Below are positions 50,085 to 62,556 of a DNA stretch of 64,000 nucleotides, in pieces (positions within the stretch are counted from its first letter, which is position 1; every line of letters starts with the position of its first letter). The notes below the pieces were generated by a model that saw nothing but the letters and a program-made list of their open reading frames with translations, did no database searches and was not told where the DNA came from. This DNA is from Octopus bimaculoides (lineage: Eukaryota). The translations under genes and the position numbers were made by a program. The DNA lies in NCBI RefSeq assembly GCF_001194135.2, contig NC_068987.1:18964188-19028187 (forward strand). Direction: 5' to 3'.

Positions 50085-50391
50085 CTGGCCAACTCAAATT
50101 ACATTGCCGGCCACTTTAATCACAGAAAGTTTTTTGAGGGCCACTTGTACACTGACAGAATTGAAAGCATTCTGCTTTTGCATGCTACTATTATAATAAT
50201 GAATGAATGATTGTTGATTCAACATGAAATATTATCATTGCAAAAACAGTAGTATCTTCCTTTTTTACTTTTTATTACAATCTTTGATTTTTGATAAAAT
50301 TTAAATAAATCCATTTCAAGAAAGTATCAAGTGGACCGTAAGATGTCTGCAGGCTGCATGCGGCCCACGGGCCTCAGGTCGGCCAGCCCTG
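50085..50391. mobile_element. hAT-like MITE remnant
   Basis: Right end GCATGCGGCCCACGGGCCTCAGGTCGGCCAGCCCTG; left end CTGGCCAAC; 8-bp direct repeat CATTAGAC at 50077-50084 and 50392-50399. Confidence 0.55.
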
Positions 50392-52899
50392 CATTAGACA
50401 GATGTTATATTAACAGGCACCTCTAGCTAGAGAGGAAGATGAGCTAAACGGATAGGACCATGATACCTGTTCTAAGATCTCCCCAAATTAGTTATATAAA
50501 TGTTAATTTGTTGATATAATTACAAAATCACTTCAGACACCTTATATAGAAAGTTTCGTTCTGGACACACATGGAAAATATTAGCACCTATCCTCTAGAT
50601 CAAGCTTGTTTACAGATTGATCAAACCTGGTCATTACCACAATGGTATCTCATAATACGTGTACTTCAGTTTCTCTACCAGTGGCCAAGGAAACTAGGTA
50701 GGAATGACATGTACAACAACCAGCTCATTTCATGTACATACTTCATGTGGCAGAAACATTCACTTTCTAAAAGCAAGCATAGACTGCTTTTTTTTTTTTT
50801 TTTTTCTATAAGCAACAACCTAGGAAGTTATTAATATAATGAATACTCATGTTACAATATTCAAAATAATTCTACAAATTAGAAGCTTGATTTTGTCAAC
50901 AACTGGCATCAATAGACGTATCTTTGTGAGCATCTTTCAGAACAACCAACTGATGCAACAGCCATCCATCTAGATGCACTGGTGCCGACAAACATACCCT
51001 CATAATCATCTTTATCAGTTAGCTAGTACACATATTTTATCAACAGATGTTATGATATCACCACCATTTGGACAAATCAGCAATCAAGGCCAACAATATC
51101 TTGATAGTACCTCTGGTTACATAGGGTATTCATATGTAAAGGGTACAGGCTATTTGTAAGAAATTCTAGCTCAACAGCTACACAAAGAAACAATACAGTG
51201 TACCTGGCCTTTTCATAGCCAACTGTTTTCACCAAAAGTGCATTATGCATACTTTATTTCCTCCACTCGTCATCACTGAAATGTTCATTTTCTCACGCTT
51301 GCATAGGTCAGACAGAATTTGCTGAGGCAGATTTTCTACAAGTGGATGTTCTTCCTGTTGTCAACCCTCACCTGTTTTTCAGCAAAGTAATATTTCCCCA
51401 TGTTGAATGTTTTCATAAAGGACTTGAAATGAGAGACGACTTGCTTGTCCAATGGTGAGACTCATGACTATCCTGTGATGTCAAGACAAGAGGCTACAAG
51501 CACCACACACACATAATATACATAAATTAAGAAAAGGGAGGTAGTCAGAATTTTGGATAATTATTTATTAGTGCTTTCATCTCATTCATTTACAAGATTC
51601 ATCAGATATGATTTTTTACAGAAAAGCCATGACTTTTTATATAAATCTGGAAGAGAATGTTCTTTTATCTATGTGTGTGTACAAGCATGTGTGTGTAGTG
51701 AATTTTTGGGAGGTTTGGTTAGAGGGAGAAAAAAAGAAAAGAAATACAAGACATAAAGGACAGGAGAGAAAAGAAAGCAAAAAGAGACAAGCAAAAAAAA
51801 AAAAGGAAAGAAAGAAAGGGGTCCTTTATTGTATTTTCATGGTCAGTCATTTCACAGCTGTTTGAAGTTAATGATATTTCATGATGTCAATGTTTGTTTT
51901 AGTTATTGTCTTTCTCTGTGCCTGCATATGTATGTGTGTGGCAAATTTTTTTGAGGTTTGGTTAGAGGGAGAGAAAAAGGGGAAAAAGGAAAAAGAAAGA
52001 AAGAGTGAGAAAGGGGCTCCCAGTATGGTTTAAATTATATTGTATTCATATGGTCAGCTTGTTGAAGTTAATGACAATTCAAGATGTCAGTTTTGAAAGT
52101 ATCTCTCTATATACACACACATAATATATAATGCAATATATATACATACACATCCATTCACCCTTCCACACACACACATGACTACATTATACATGCATAT
52201 ATACATATATATATATACACATACACACACACCTGTATGCAAGGTGTTTTGAATGTTAGTTGAGGATTGAAAAAGTGATTCATAATAGCAAGTATGGATG
52301 CAGTTACAATTATAAAGTATGAAAAAAATCCAAACAGTCCAAACTAGATTTAAAATATAAACATACACTCGCTCCAATGTTGATTAATCTTACACAAAAA
52401 TGAAACGCTTGGTAAGGGTCAAAAGCAAGTATTCAAGTACTTACTTTTGATTATTTCACACAAACCATGTGTAACTTCAACCACATTTTCTGCAAAAATT
52501 AGTCAGGTACAGTACTTGTATGAGTTAACTATGTAAAATGACGTCCACAACTTGTTCCATTTTAGCAAGTGTCCACATATTCTTGCTATAAATATTGACC
52601 AATATTTTGGAATCCAGTAACCTGAATTTTTTTTAATGTTTAATTTGGGTCAGAATTTGTTTGGTAAAATGAAGTTCCATTGTCTTCCAGTACTTTGGAT
52701 TATTCCTTGAGCATTTGTAGAAGGGAATGATCTTGAATTTGCTGTCTCCACATATTTCCAGATGTTTACTTAGTAAACACAGCAATGTTATTTGGCACAC
52801 TGCCTTATGAAAGTCACTGCTAGCTCTCACTGCACACACAACCATGTGCCACCATCTGTTGGAATGCTACAGAACTAATCCAGGAATTGTTTGATACCA

Positions 52900-53275
52900 G
52901 CTTGTATGTATTGAGAAGACCCATCAAGAAAGTGAAATTGTAGTCATGGCCAATGCCAGTGTTGCATATCTGGCACCTATGCTTGTGGCACGTAAAAAGC
53001 ACCCTTCAAACTTTGGGCTTCACAGAGGCAGTGACAAGTGACTGAGACTTTTGGCATGTGAGATCGTAGTCGTGGCTATTGCTAGCGTTTTGTAATTGGC
53101 ATGTAAAAAGCACTCACTACACTCTTGGAAGGGCATCCAACAGTAGAAACTGTGCCGAATCAGATTGAAACCTGGTGCAGCTCCCCAGCTTACCAGTTTT
53201 CAGTCAAACTGCCCAACCCATGCCAGCATGGAAAACAGATGTTAAATGATGATGTTGATGATGATGATGATGTAT
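52900..53275 (+). mobile_element. SINE family D-like copy
   Basis: GGAAGGGCATCCAAC..CAACCCATGCCAGCATGGAAAACAGATGTTAAATGATGATG tail. Confidence 0.72.
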
Positions 53276-53991
53276 GACATGCTTCTTTCAGTTTCTGCCC
53301 ACCAAATCTACAAGGCTTTAATCAGATTGGAACTATAGTAGAAAAAACACTTAGTCAGAGTGCCATGTAATGGCACCTTGAGTGTCTTCTACTATGTATA
53401 CAAATGCATGTGTGTGTGTGTGTGTAACTCATCAACAAAATTACAGAATGCTGTTGATTTTCATCTTGCTGACATTCACAGCTTGAGTTTGCATCTAACA
53501 TTTATCTTTCTGCACATATTATTTCTGTGTGTTATTCTCTTGATGTCAAAATCGAAACCACATGTTGTTTTAATATCTATAATGCTTGATATAGCTTCTT
53601 ACAGCTGCATAGCTCTATTGATCAGCAGAGAATCTAAATAAGGCCATTGTTAAATGTTATTTTAGACTGATTCTACAATTCTTTAAAAGTAGAATAATTT
53701 TAACAAAACATTCTTTAGAAACAACTTGATGGATTTTATCAAACAAACAAAAAAGTTTAAATGTCACAAGGATAAATCGTACTAATAACTTGGTTCCAAA
53801 AATTTAAAAAGGATTCTTCACCAAACTTCTGAATCTGCATAAAATTAGCAGGTAGTCTTTGATAAGATCATAGAAGCTCATAATCGACACAGTGGGGCCC
53901 CAGTCCCCACTACTACTTTGTTCTTCTCCCAGTGTAGTGTTTGTGGGCTGGTCAGTTTTGACACTAACTCCTAATCTACCTCTTTATCTGT

Positions 53992-54204
53992 TCAGCCCTT
54001 TAGCATTCAGATTACTCTGTCAAATGTAATGCTTATTTAAATTAATCATACATTACCTTGTAGCTTTGAGATTTTGATGATGTGATTGGTTATTTTTAGA
54101 ATGACATTGTAGAGTAGGTGTGAGAAGCTGAATCCAGCCAGTTTGAACATAAAGCATATAGAGTATTTGAGCCAGATATGGCTGGTTAAATGTTAAAGGG
54201 TTAG
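53992..54204. mobile_element. piggyBac-like MITE
   Basis: CCCTTTAGCATT...AATGTTAAAGGG. Confidence 0.7.
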
Positions 54205-55045
54205 CCTTTCAGTAGAAAGTATTTGATGGTTAAATCTCAGCAGAATATTGATTCTAGTCAATGACCGTACAATTGCTTCTAATCTTGAGCTCACATATGA
54301 TTATTTCCTCATGAAACCTTCAGGTGGACCAGCAGCTGAGCACTTCAAACAGAACAAGTGAGAATTTGGCTAAGCTTTTAAAAAATCCCCAACAACTTAG
54401 TTTTGAATTGAATTGTTACACAGTACTACAATTCCCTGTAGTAGTTCTTCAACAGTAGAGTCAAATTTTGGCACAAGGCCAGCAATTTCAGGGGAGGGGT
54501 AAGTCGATTAGATCAACCCCAGTGTTCAACTGGTATTTATTTTACAAACCTCAGAGGAATTTGAACTCAGAACATAAGGATGGAAAAAAAACGCTGCTAA
54601 GCATTTCACCCAGCATGCTAATCATTATACCAGATCATCGCCTTAGCAGTTCTTCATATTACCCGTCATTGAGAACAGCACCATAATTTTCACATTATGT
54701 CAGCATTGGTAACAAGCTGTAAAGTTTCGACCATTGTATTTTGCAAATGAGAATGATTTTGATTATTCACTACTATATTTCAGAGATAAAGGTGCACAAG
54801 TTGTATGCACATAATTAATAAACTTTACCACAAAGTGTATATCCTTAGATTTTAGCTGACACTGCATCTATCTACAAATTAAAATGATTAAATACATGAG
54901 ACAGTTGTAAACACCTGTCATGTTTATACAGCCTCACCATAGGCAGAAAAAAAAGAAGGATCAATTGGACAATCATTTCAAGTGACTTTACACTATCTCA
55001 TCAACAACCATATACTCTACATTAATTACCATTGTGAAATTGTAT

Positions 55046-55266
55046 TTAACCTTTTAGCATTCAGATTATGCTATCAAATGTAATGCTTATTTACACACAT
55101 TGTTTTGAATTAATCATGCATTATATTATAGTTATGGAATTTTGATGACATAACTGTTGATTTTTTAACGATGATATTATAGGGTTGGTGTGAGAAACCA
55201 CATCTGGCCTGTTTGAAAGTGAAATATTTGGGGCAGATATGGCTGGTTTAAATGCTAAAGGGTCAA
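55046..55266. mobile_element. piggyBac-like MITE
   Basis: TTAACCTTTTAGCATT...AATGCTAAAGGGTCAA. Confidence 0.7.
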
Positions 55267-56119
55267 AGCCATTCCTGTTAGGTTTATAGCTAAATTAGGT
55301 ACACTGATTTTCAACTGTTAGATCTCTTTAGGCAAATGTGTTAAATTACGAATGGTGCTTAAATGATGAAGAAAAGTGGTAATTCTGGGTCACACTGTCT
55401 GAGGTTGAGTGAAGGGACATTGTCAGAGTAGGTGGTCTTGTTTTGGAGTGGATGGATGGATGGATGGATGGATGGGTGGGTGGATAGATAATGTTTGGTG
55501 GTGAGATTAGTGAAATGGAGAACGTAAGTGCTGAAAGCATTTTGCTCTGCTAAATGCAAATGTAGAAGTAAACAAGAACATACTGCTTACAGAGTTATAA
55601 TGATCAAGCAATCTTGGCAGAGAGATTTTTGGTAAGGTGCCACAAGGATTGGCTGCAAGTTGGAAGGTGAGTTTCAAGGCAGTATGGTAAACAACAATAT
55701 TTTTTCAAATAAGGATGATAGTCTTGCATGCATAACAGTAATAGATAAAAGCCAACTGATTGAGATAAGCAGGTGATTTCTCTATATATCATAGGCAGCG
55801 TTCTTTACATTGTTACAGTAGAAGTAGATGTGACACATTTGGGTGATACAAGCTTTGGTTATGTGAGGGTAGTGCTTTGTTGTCTGAAATGGGTAAGAGC
55901 TGAAGCACATATTCTGCCAGAGACACCCCAAAAAAAAAAAAAAAATTGCAGTGGATGCTCTAATTGCTTAGCCAACTTGAAGTGCTATAGTTTTTGAAAA
56001 GTGGTGACAATTGGAAAGTATGAGGATGTCTAGTGGATAGCCATGATGAAAGTGTTCAAATAATCTAATAAGTGCAGAAACTTCAGAATATATTTATGAT
56101 ATAACTATTTGTAAAAAAA

Positions 56120-56270
56120 AAAACATTTAGCCACAGATCTCATAGATATGGTTTGCTTCTTGTCTGTGATTATGTAAGATATTTTGATTTAGAAAATGAT
56201 TTGTCATAGATATATAAATGTTTTTTCTCCTGTTTCATTATGTTCATGGCTAGATAAATAACTTCTGTGA
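56120..56270 (-). pseudogene. Decayed zinc fingers downstream of ZNF-6
   Basis: On -: SYLSSHEHNETGEK / YDKSFSKSKYLT* / KPYL(C)EICG*. Confidence 0.6.
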
Positions 56271-56404
56271 GATAATCTATTACATTATAAACAATGACAT
56301 TCCTCGTCTGAGTATTATAATGGTAAGGTAAATGATTACTTTGTCAGTAGAAGTTCCTGTGAATTGAAAAACACATCACTTTGGAAGATAACATATTGCA
56401 AATA

Positions 56405-57640
56405 TCAGTAACTAGTTTCATCTCCTGTATGAATAAGCCTGTGTTTGGTTACCTGAAATTTATAAGAGAATGATTTACCACAGATATCACAGCTATGAGG
56501 CTTCTCTCCTGTATGAATGCGTTTGTGTCTAGTTACATGATTTCTTTCAGAAAAGAATTTACCACAGATATCACAGCTATATGGCCTCTCTCCCGTATGA
56601 GTATGTTGGTGTGTAGTTAAATGACCACTTTGAGAAAAAGATTTATTACATATAGTACACTGATATGGTTTCTCTCCTGTATGAATACGTACATGTTTAG
56701 TTAAATGACTACTCTCAGAGAATGACTTGCTACATATATCACACTTATATGGCTTCTCTCCTGTATGAATACGTATGTGTGCAATCAAAATATATCTCTG
56801 GGCAAATGATTCACTACAGATGTTACAGTGGTATGGCTTTTCTCCTCCATGAACAAATTTGTGTGAAGTCAAGTTACTTTTCCGAGAAAACGATTTATCA
56901 CACATGTCACAGGAATATGGCTTCTCTCCAGTATGAACCCGTTTGTGTTTAGTTACTTGGTGCGTATCTGTGAAGGATTTACCACAAATGTCACAGCGGT
57001 ACGGCTTCTCTCCTGTATGTACGTAATGGTGTGTAGTTAAGTGACATTTTTGAGAAAAAGATTTATCACAGATATCACAGTGATATGGTTTCTCTCCTGT
57101 ATGAATACGTTTGTGCTGGATTGTTTGGCTTTTATCAGTGAATGCTTTATCACAGATATCACACTGATATGGTTTCTTACCTGTATGAGTATATTTATGT
57201 CTATTTAAACTACCTCTTTGAGAGTACGTTTTCCCACAGACATCACAATGAAACCGATTTTTCGCTACATGAATAAACTTATGCGCTGTTAAAACACTTT
57301 TTTGAGAGAATGATTTACTACAAATATCACAGGTATATGGTTTTTCTCCTGTGTGAATCCGTTTGTGCGTAATTAAATCACATCTCTGAGAGAAAGATTT
57401 ACTGCAGGCAAAGCAACTATATGGCTTTTCTTCTGAATGAATATATTTGTGTCGGGTTACCTGGCCCGTGTCAGAGAACGTTTTACCACAGATTTCACAA
57501 GCGTATGGCTTCTCTCCCGTGTGAATATAATTGTGTGTAGTTAAGTGGCTTTTGCGAGAAAATGATTTACCACAGATTTCACAAAGATACGGTTTCTCTT
57601 TTGTGTGAACAAGAATTTGTTGAGATAACAAACTGCTCAT
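56405..57640 (-). CDS. Multi-C2H2 zinc-finger protein (ZNF-6), 411 aa, 14 canonical fingers
   Basis: ORF track; all fingers retain C2H2; last seven fingers colinear with ZNF-4. Confidence 0.93.
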   Translation of the reverse strand: MSSLLSQQILVHTKEKPYLCEICGKSFSRKSHLTTHNYIHTGEKPYACEICGKTFSDTGQVTRHKYIHSEEKPYSCFACSKSFSQRCDLITHKRIHTGEKPYTCDICSKSFSQKSVLTAHKFIHVAKNRFHCDVCGKTYSQRGSLNRHKYTHTGKKPYQCDICDKAFTDKSQTIQHKRIHTGEKPYHCDICDKSFSQKCHLTTHHYVHTGEKPYRCDICGKSFTDTHQVTKHKRVHTGEKPYSCDMCDKSFSRKSNLTSHKFVHGGEKPYHCNICSESFAQRYILIAHIRIHTGEKPYKCDICSKSFSESSHLTKHVRIHTGEKPYQCTICNKSFSQSGHLTTHQHTHTGERPYSCDICGKFFSERNHVTRHKRIHTGEKPHSCDICGKSFSYKFQVTKHRLIHTGDETSY

Positions 57641-58400
57641 AGTGAATCTTCAACTACAACTGTAGTATTGTTGCCTCAGTAACATGATGTTTTTACAATT
57701 GTCTTCAGCCTCTAATTACAAAACTTAATATTTTATAACTTTTTCGTTTTCAGCTTGAAATTTATATAATTTCTTCATCAAAAGTTTCAATAGCTATCAC
57801 AACACAAAAATATTTTCCTTTTTTTTCTTTAATCTTTCCACAATATTTCTTCCAATATATATTTCTAAGACCAGTTATTTTTGTCAAATTCTGAAAAGGT
57901 TATAGAATGCCACGATAATTGTTCCAAGACAATTAATTAGGATAGAATTCTTTTGTAATAAAATGCCAGAAAGTAAAGAAATCGCTAAAATAGTTTACTT
58001 GCTAGCATAGATCCAAATATGAAAAGTCATTTAAATATTCTTAGTTTAATCTCTGTACAAAATTATCCAGTACATATGTTGCCGTAGCTATGAAAAATGA
58101 TGATTAAATTCAATCAAGATATATTCCACAATATTTGTCAAGGGAGGGGGAATCTTGGCAGAAAAAAAATTATCATTTCTTTTCAATGGAGGATGATTGT
58201 GGAAAATGAAGGTTTAATACAAATGTGTGTGAAATTTGGAAGCGAAATCTTAGAAAACTGTGTCTTGAAGAGGTGAGAAAAGACTAAGATGGCTGGTTAT
58301 ATATTAACAAACCTATGTGCGCTTCATGGAGTTTTCTTTTCATTTTCAAAAATTGAATGTATTAATGCATCAGAAGAGAAAAATCGTTCTGTCCATGTCC

Positions 58401-58417
58401 CCTGAAATAAATAAACA
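58401..58417 (-). other. Candidate splice acceptor of the ZNF-6 coding exon
   Basis: On -: TTTATTTATTTCAG|GGGAC. Confidence 0.55.
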
Positions 58418-58495
58418 ATATAATATATACTACATAATTTAATAAAGAGATACAAAAAAAATCTCTCCTAAAAATTCAGGCTATTAAATATTATC

Positions 58496-58724
58496 TCTTT
58501 CTTTATTGCCCACAAGGGGCTAAACATAGAGGCGACAAACAAGGACAGACAGAGGGATTAAGTCGATTACATCGACTCCAGTGCATAACTGGTACTTAAT
58601 TTATCGACCCCCGAAAGGATGAAAGGCAAAGTCGACCTCAGCGGAATTTGAACTCAGAACGTAACGGCAGATGAAATACCGCTAACCATTTCGCCCGGCA
58701 TGCTAACGATTCTGCCAGCTCGCC
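58496..58724 (-). mobile_element. SINE (family A), complete
   Basis: 21-bp TSD TTCAGGCTATTAAATATTATC at 58475-58495 and 58725-58745; core CTGAGTTCAAATTCCGC..GTCGACTTTGCCTTTCATCC. Confidence 0.88.
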
Positions 58725-59692
58725 TTCAGGCTATTAAATATTATCAACAGGCACAAGCATGGTTGTGTGATAAGAAGCTTGCTTCCCAACCAGATGGTTT
58801 TGGGTTCAGTCCTACTGCAAGGCACTTTGGACAAGTGTCTTCTGCTATAGCCTCAGGCCGACCAAAGCCTTGTGAGTGGATTTGATAGACGGAAACTGAA
58901 AGAAGCCCATGCTAACCAATTTTTACTCCATAAGATGATGCAACAGTATAAAATGATGATGCAAGACTTGCAATGTAATGGTTTCAAGCAGGTAGGAAAA
59001 AAAAATAACGAGAAATCAGAAATTACTCATCTTACCATAGATACCAATTTTGCCCTACCACTAATTTTTATGAAATTTTTCTATAAATGTCCTTCAAAGT
59101 GTGTAGATTACTATTATTATATCGGAATTTAATATGGAAAAAGAAAATTTGGCAGACTCGTACACATACAAACTGACACACATCACAATTTCTTTTCGAA
59201 ATTTCAAGTTTCATTTTATATATGGTGAAGCAATCAGGAAAAATAGAACTCAAAAAGGAGTATAATGTATATTTCTACTAATATTTAACAGAAACAACAG
59301 AGTGACTTGAGGGCCGAGAGTTTCGTTGGAACGTTCCAACGCACGAAACTCTCGGCCCTTGAATCACTGTTGCTTTTGTTAAATATTAATGTGTGTGTGT
59401 GTGTGTGTGTGNNNNNNNNNNGTGTGTGTGTGTGTGTGTGCGTGTGTGTATATACGTATATGCATGTATTTATATATATATATGCGTCTGTGTGTGTGTG
59501 TACGTCTGTGTAATTAAATTTGTTTGTGGACGCGAAAGGTTAACCCGTAATTAGGTAAATGTAATGCAGTTAATTAATTAACCATTCAGTAAAGCTAAGT
59601 TAGTTTGGCAAGCAAAGCAGAAATGTTAATGAGTATAGTGAAACAGTACACCAGCATCACAATGTATTCAATATTATTGTGCAGTCAAGTTA

Positions 59693-59850
59693 GCGAGCTG
59701 GCAGAAACGTTAGCACGCCGGGCGAAATGCTTAGCGGTGTTTCGTCTGCCGCTACGTTCTGAGTTCAAATTCCGCCGAGGTCGACTTTGCCTTTCATCCT
59801 TTCAGGGTCGATAAATTAAGTACCAATTGCGCACTGGGGTCGAATATATG
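59693..59850 (+). mobile_element. SINE family A
   Basis: GCGAGCTGGCAGAAACGTTAGCACG...GTTCTGAGTTCAAATTCCGCCGAGGTCGAC. Confidence 0.82.
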
Positions 59851-59902
59851 ACTTTGGGATCGCTAAATTCTGGTAAATATTGGTTCTCTCTCTATATTCT
59901 TC

Positions 59903-60315
59903 TATTCTTTAACTTGTTTCAGTCGTTTGACAGCGGCCTTGCTGGAGCACCACATTTAGTCGTACAAGTCGAATCCCAGGACTCATTCATTCTAAGCCTA
60001 GTACCTATTCTATCGGTCTCTTTTGCCGAACCGCTAGGTTACGGGGACATAAACACTCCAACATCGGTTGTCAAGCGATGGCGGGAGGACAAACACGGAC
60101 ACACACACACACACACGTACAAATACATACATAATACATACATACATACGCACACAGACACGCCCCCCCCATATATATATATATATATATATACTACTTT
60201 TAGTTTCCGTCAACCAAATCCACACACAAGGCTTTGGTCATCCCGAGGCTATAGCAGAAGACACTTATCCAAGCTGCTAGTGCAGTAGGACTGAACCCGG
60301 AACCAGGTGGTTGGG
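59903..60315 (-). mobile_element. SINE family B ending at a gap
   Basis: Aligns with 26493-26874. Confidence 0.8.
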
Positions 60316-62556
60316 NNNNNNNNNNNNNNNNNNNNNNNNNNNNNNNNNNNNNNNNNNNNNNNNNNNNNNNNNNNNNNNNNNNNNNNNNNNNNNNNNNNNN
60401 NNNNNNNNNNNNNNNNNNNNNNNNNNNNNNNNNNNNNNNNNNNNNNNNNNNNNNNNNNNNNNNNNNNNNNNNNNNNNNNNNNNNNNNNNNNNNNNNNNNN
60501 NNNNNNNNNNNNNNNNNNNNNNNNNNNNNNNNNNNNNNNNNNNNNNNNNNNNNNNNNNNNNNNNNNNNNNNNNNNNNNNNNNNNNNNNNNNNNNNNNNNN
60601 NNNNNNNNNNNNNNNNNNNNNNNNNNNNNNNNNNNNNNNNNNNNNNNNNNNNNNNNNNNNNNNNNNNNNNNNNNNNNNNNNNNNNNNNNNNNNNNNNNNN
60701 NNNNNNNNNNNNNNNNNNNNNNNNNNNNNNNNNNNNNNNNNNNNNNNNNNNNNNNNNNNNNNNNNNNNNNNNNNNNNNNNNNNNNNNNNNNNNNNNNNNN
60801 NNNNNNNNNNNNNNNNNNNNNNNNNNNNNNNNNNNNNNNNNNNNNNNNNNNNNNNNNNNNNNNNNNNNNNNNNNNNNNNNNNNNNNNNNNNNNNNNNNNN
60901 NNNNNNNNNTATATATATATATATATATATATTAATACATACATAAGGATAAGCATATTAAAAGGGGAAAACTCAAATAAAAGGGTTGGAAGCCACTATT
61001 CTATCGCTTCAAGATCCACTGGAGTAACTTGATATATTTACGCACCACGCAATTAATTATTGAAATTAGTTATTACTAATTTCTCCCCAGGAAGACTTAG
61101 GGGGGGGGGATTACCAAATTAGACATTAGTGTGTGCGTGAGGAAATTGACTAGGAATCCAACAGAGAAGAATATTGTTATACACCAAAAATTATCCATAT
61201 ATTTTATTAGCAACCTCAATTACAATCGGGTTAAAGTTGAGGAAAAATTTTAAGAAAGAAAAAAAGTATCTAACACCTGAATATGTTCCAAACTCTCTCG
61301 ACTTGAACAACAACCATCCTGGCCAATTTTTAATTCCGAAAGATGATGCAACAGTACAAAATAATGATGCAATACTTGTAATGTAACCGTTTCAAACAGG
61401 GTGGGAGAAAATAAGGGGAAATCAAAAATTACTGAATTTGCTTCCTACACTCCAATATATTTCTTTTTAGACTTTACACGAAGGCCTTTCTTCTGCTACA
61501 GTTTGAATATAAATTTTTTCACTGATGACAAAACTTTCGGGTAGCAAAATGAGGTGTTTTTACGGCATTTTTGGCTTTGAGACAAAATATATTTTTTACA
61601 AATGTTCACTATCTTACAAAAACTAAGCAAGTGGCCTATCTTAAATGCACTAAAGCATTATAACATAATCAGGTCACTATTTCAGGAAATTATCGCCGTT
61701 GTCTTTGAGCATGTAAAAGACAAATTTGGTTATGGCAAAATGAGCAAGACAAGATAATTCAAAAATTAGCCGCTTCAGTTCTCCGGAAAACAGACTCATA
61801 CACATCAATATCCATTTCTAGACATCAGAAAGATCGGAAATGTAAAAACAAATTGAAATATCTAGGTCAAATGAAAGAGGATCAGGGGAAAATGGTACAT
61901 ATGAAATTAACGAAACTCGACTAAAAAAAACAAAACAAAATACTAACATAAAATATTCTACAGCTTTTTCCCGATCTGCTGGAGTGTCCTCTCCGTGATA
62001 TATTTAAACGCCATGCAGTTAAAGAGATAAATTATTGAAATAAACCATTACTCATTTTACCCCATTTTAGACATTTTTGAAACTTGAAAATTGTCAAATT
62101 AGACATTAGAGTGGGAAAAGAATTGACTTAGAATCAAACAGAGAAAAGGATACTGATTGGTAAACACTAAGAATAATCTATATATTTTATTAGTAACCCC
62201 GATTACAATCGGATCAAAGTTGAGGAAAAATTTCTTGAAAAATTAGGACCTACCAACCTGACTGTTCTAGACTCCCTCAACTTCAACAACTATGCTGACC
62301 AATTCCTAAATATAATGTAACAAAATACAAAAATGATGATGCAATATTTGCAATGTAATAATTTCAAAACTTGTAAAGAAAAAATAACGAGAAAACGGAG
62401 GTTACTCATTTTGCCCCATTACTAATTCCATTCCCCATCAGTCAAATATCAAGCGTTACCTTCATGCATATTCCGCGCTTTCTTTTATTTTAAGCTTTCA
62501 GTTAACTTCCTTTGGCAACAGACATAATTAAAACATTAGATAGACTATAAACAACA

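Larger units (their letters stand above)
58915..62430 (+). repeat. Three diverged copies of an intronic segment (58915-59050, 61110-61455, 62093-62430)
   Basis: Shared ATGATGCAA..TTG(C/T)AATGTAA..TTTCAA and CAAATTAGACATTAG..TACAATCGG..AAAGTTGAGGAAAAATTT blocks. Confidence 0.7.

Noticed and set aside
54425-54436. ACTACAATTCCC, a ZNF143/Staf-type motif
   Set aside because: Single isolated match beside a SINE, with no promoter context.
14026-56952. His/Tyr/Met-rich ORFs overlapping the ZNF genes (e.g. 14026-14463, 30020-30334, 38930-39316, 45151-45483, 56722-56952, 6804-7835)
   Set aside because: They are antisense or alternate-frame shadows of the 84-bp finger repeat, with no independent evidence.
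19745-61032. Long ORFs full of X
   Set aside because: They run through assembly gaps.
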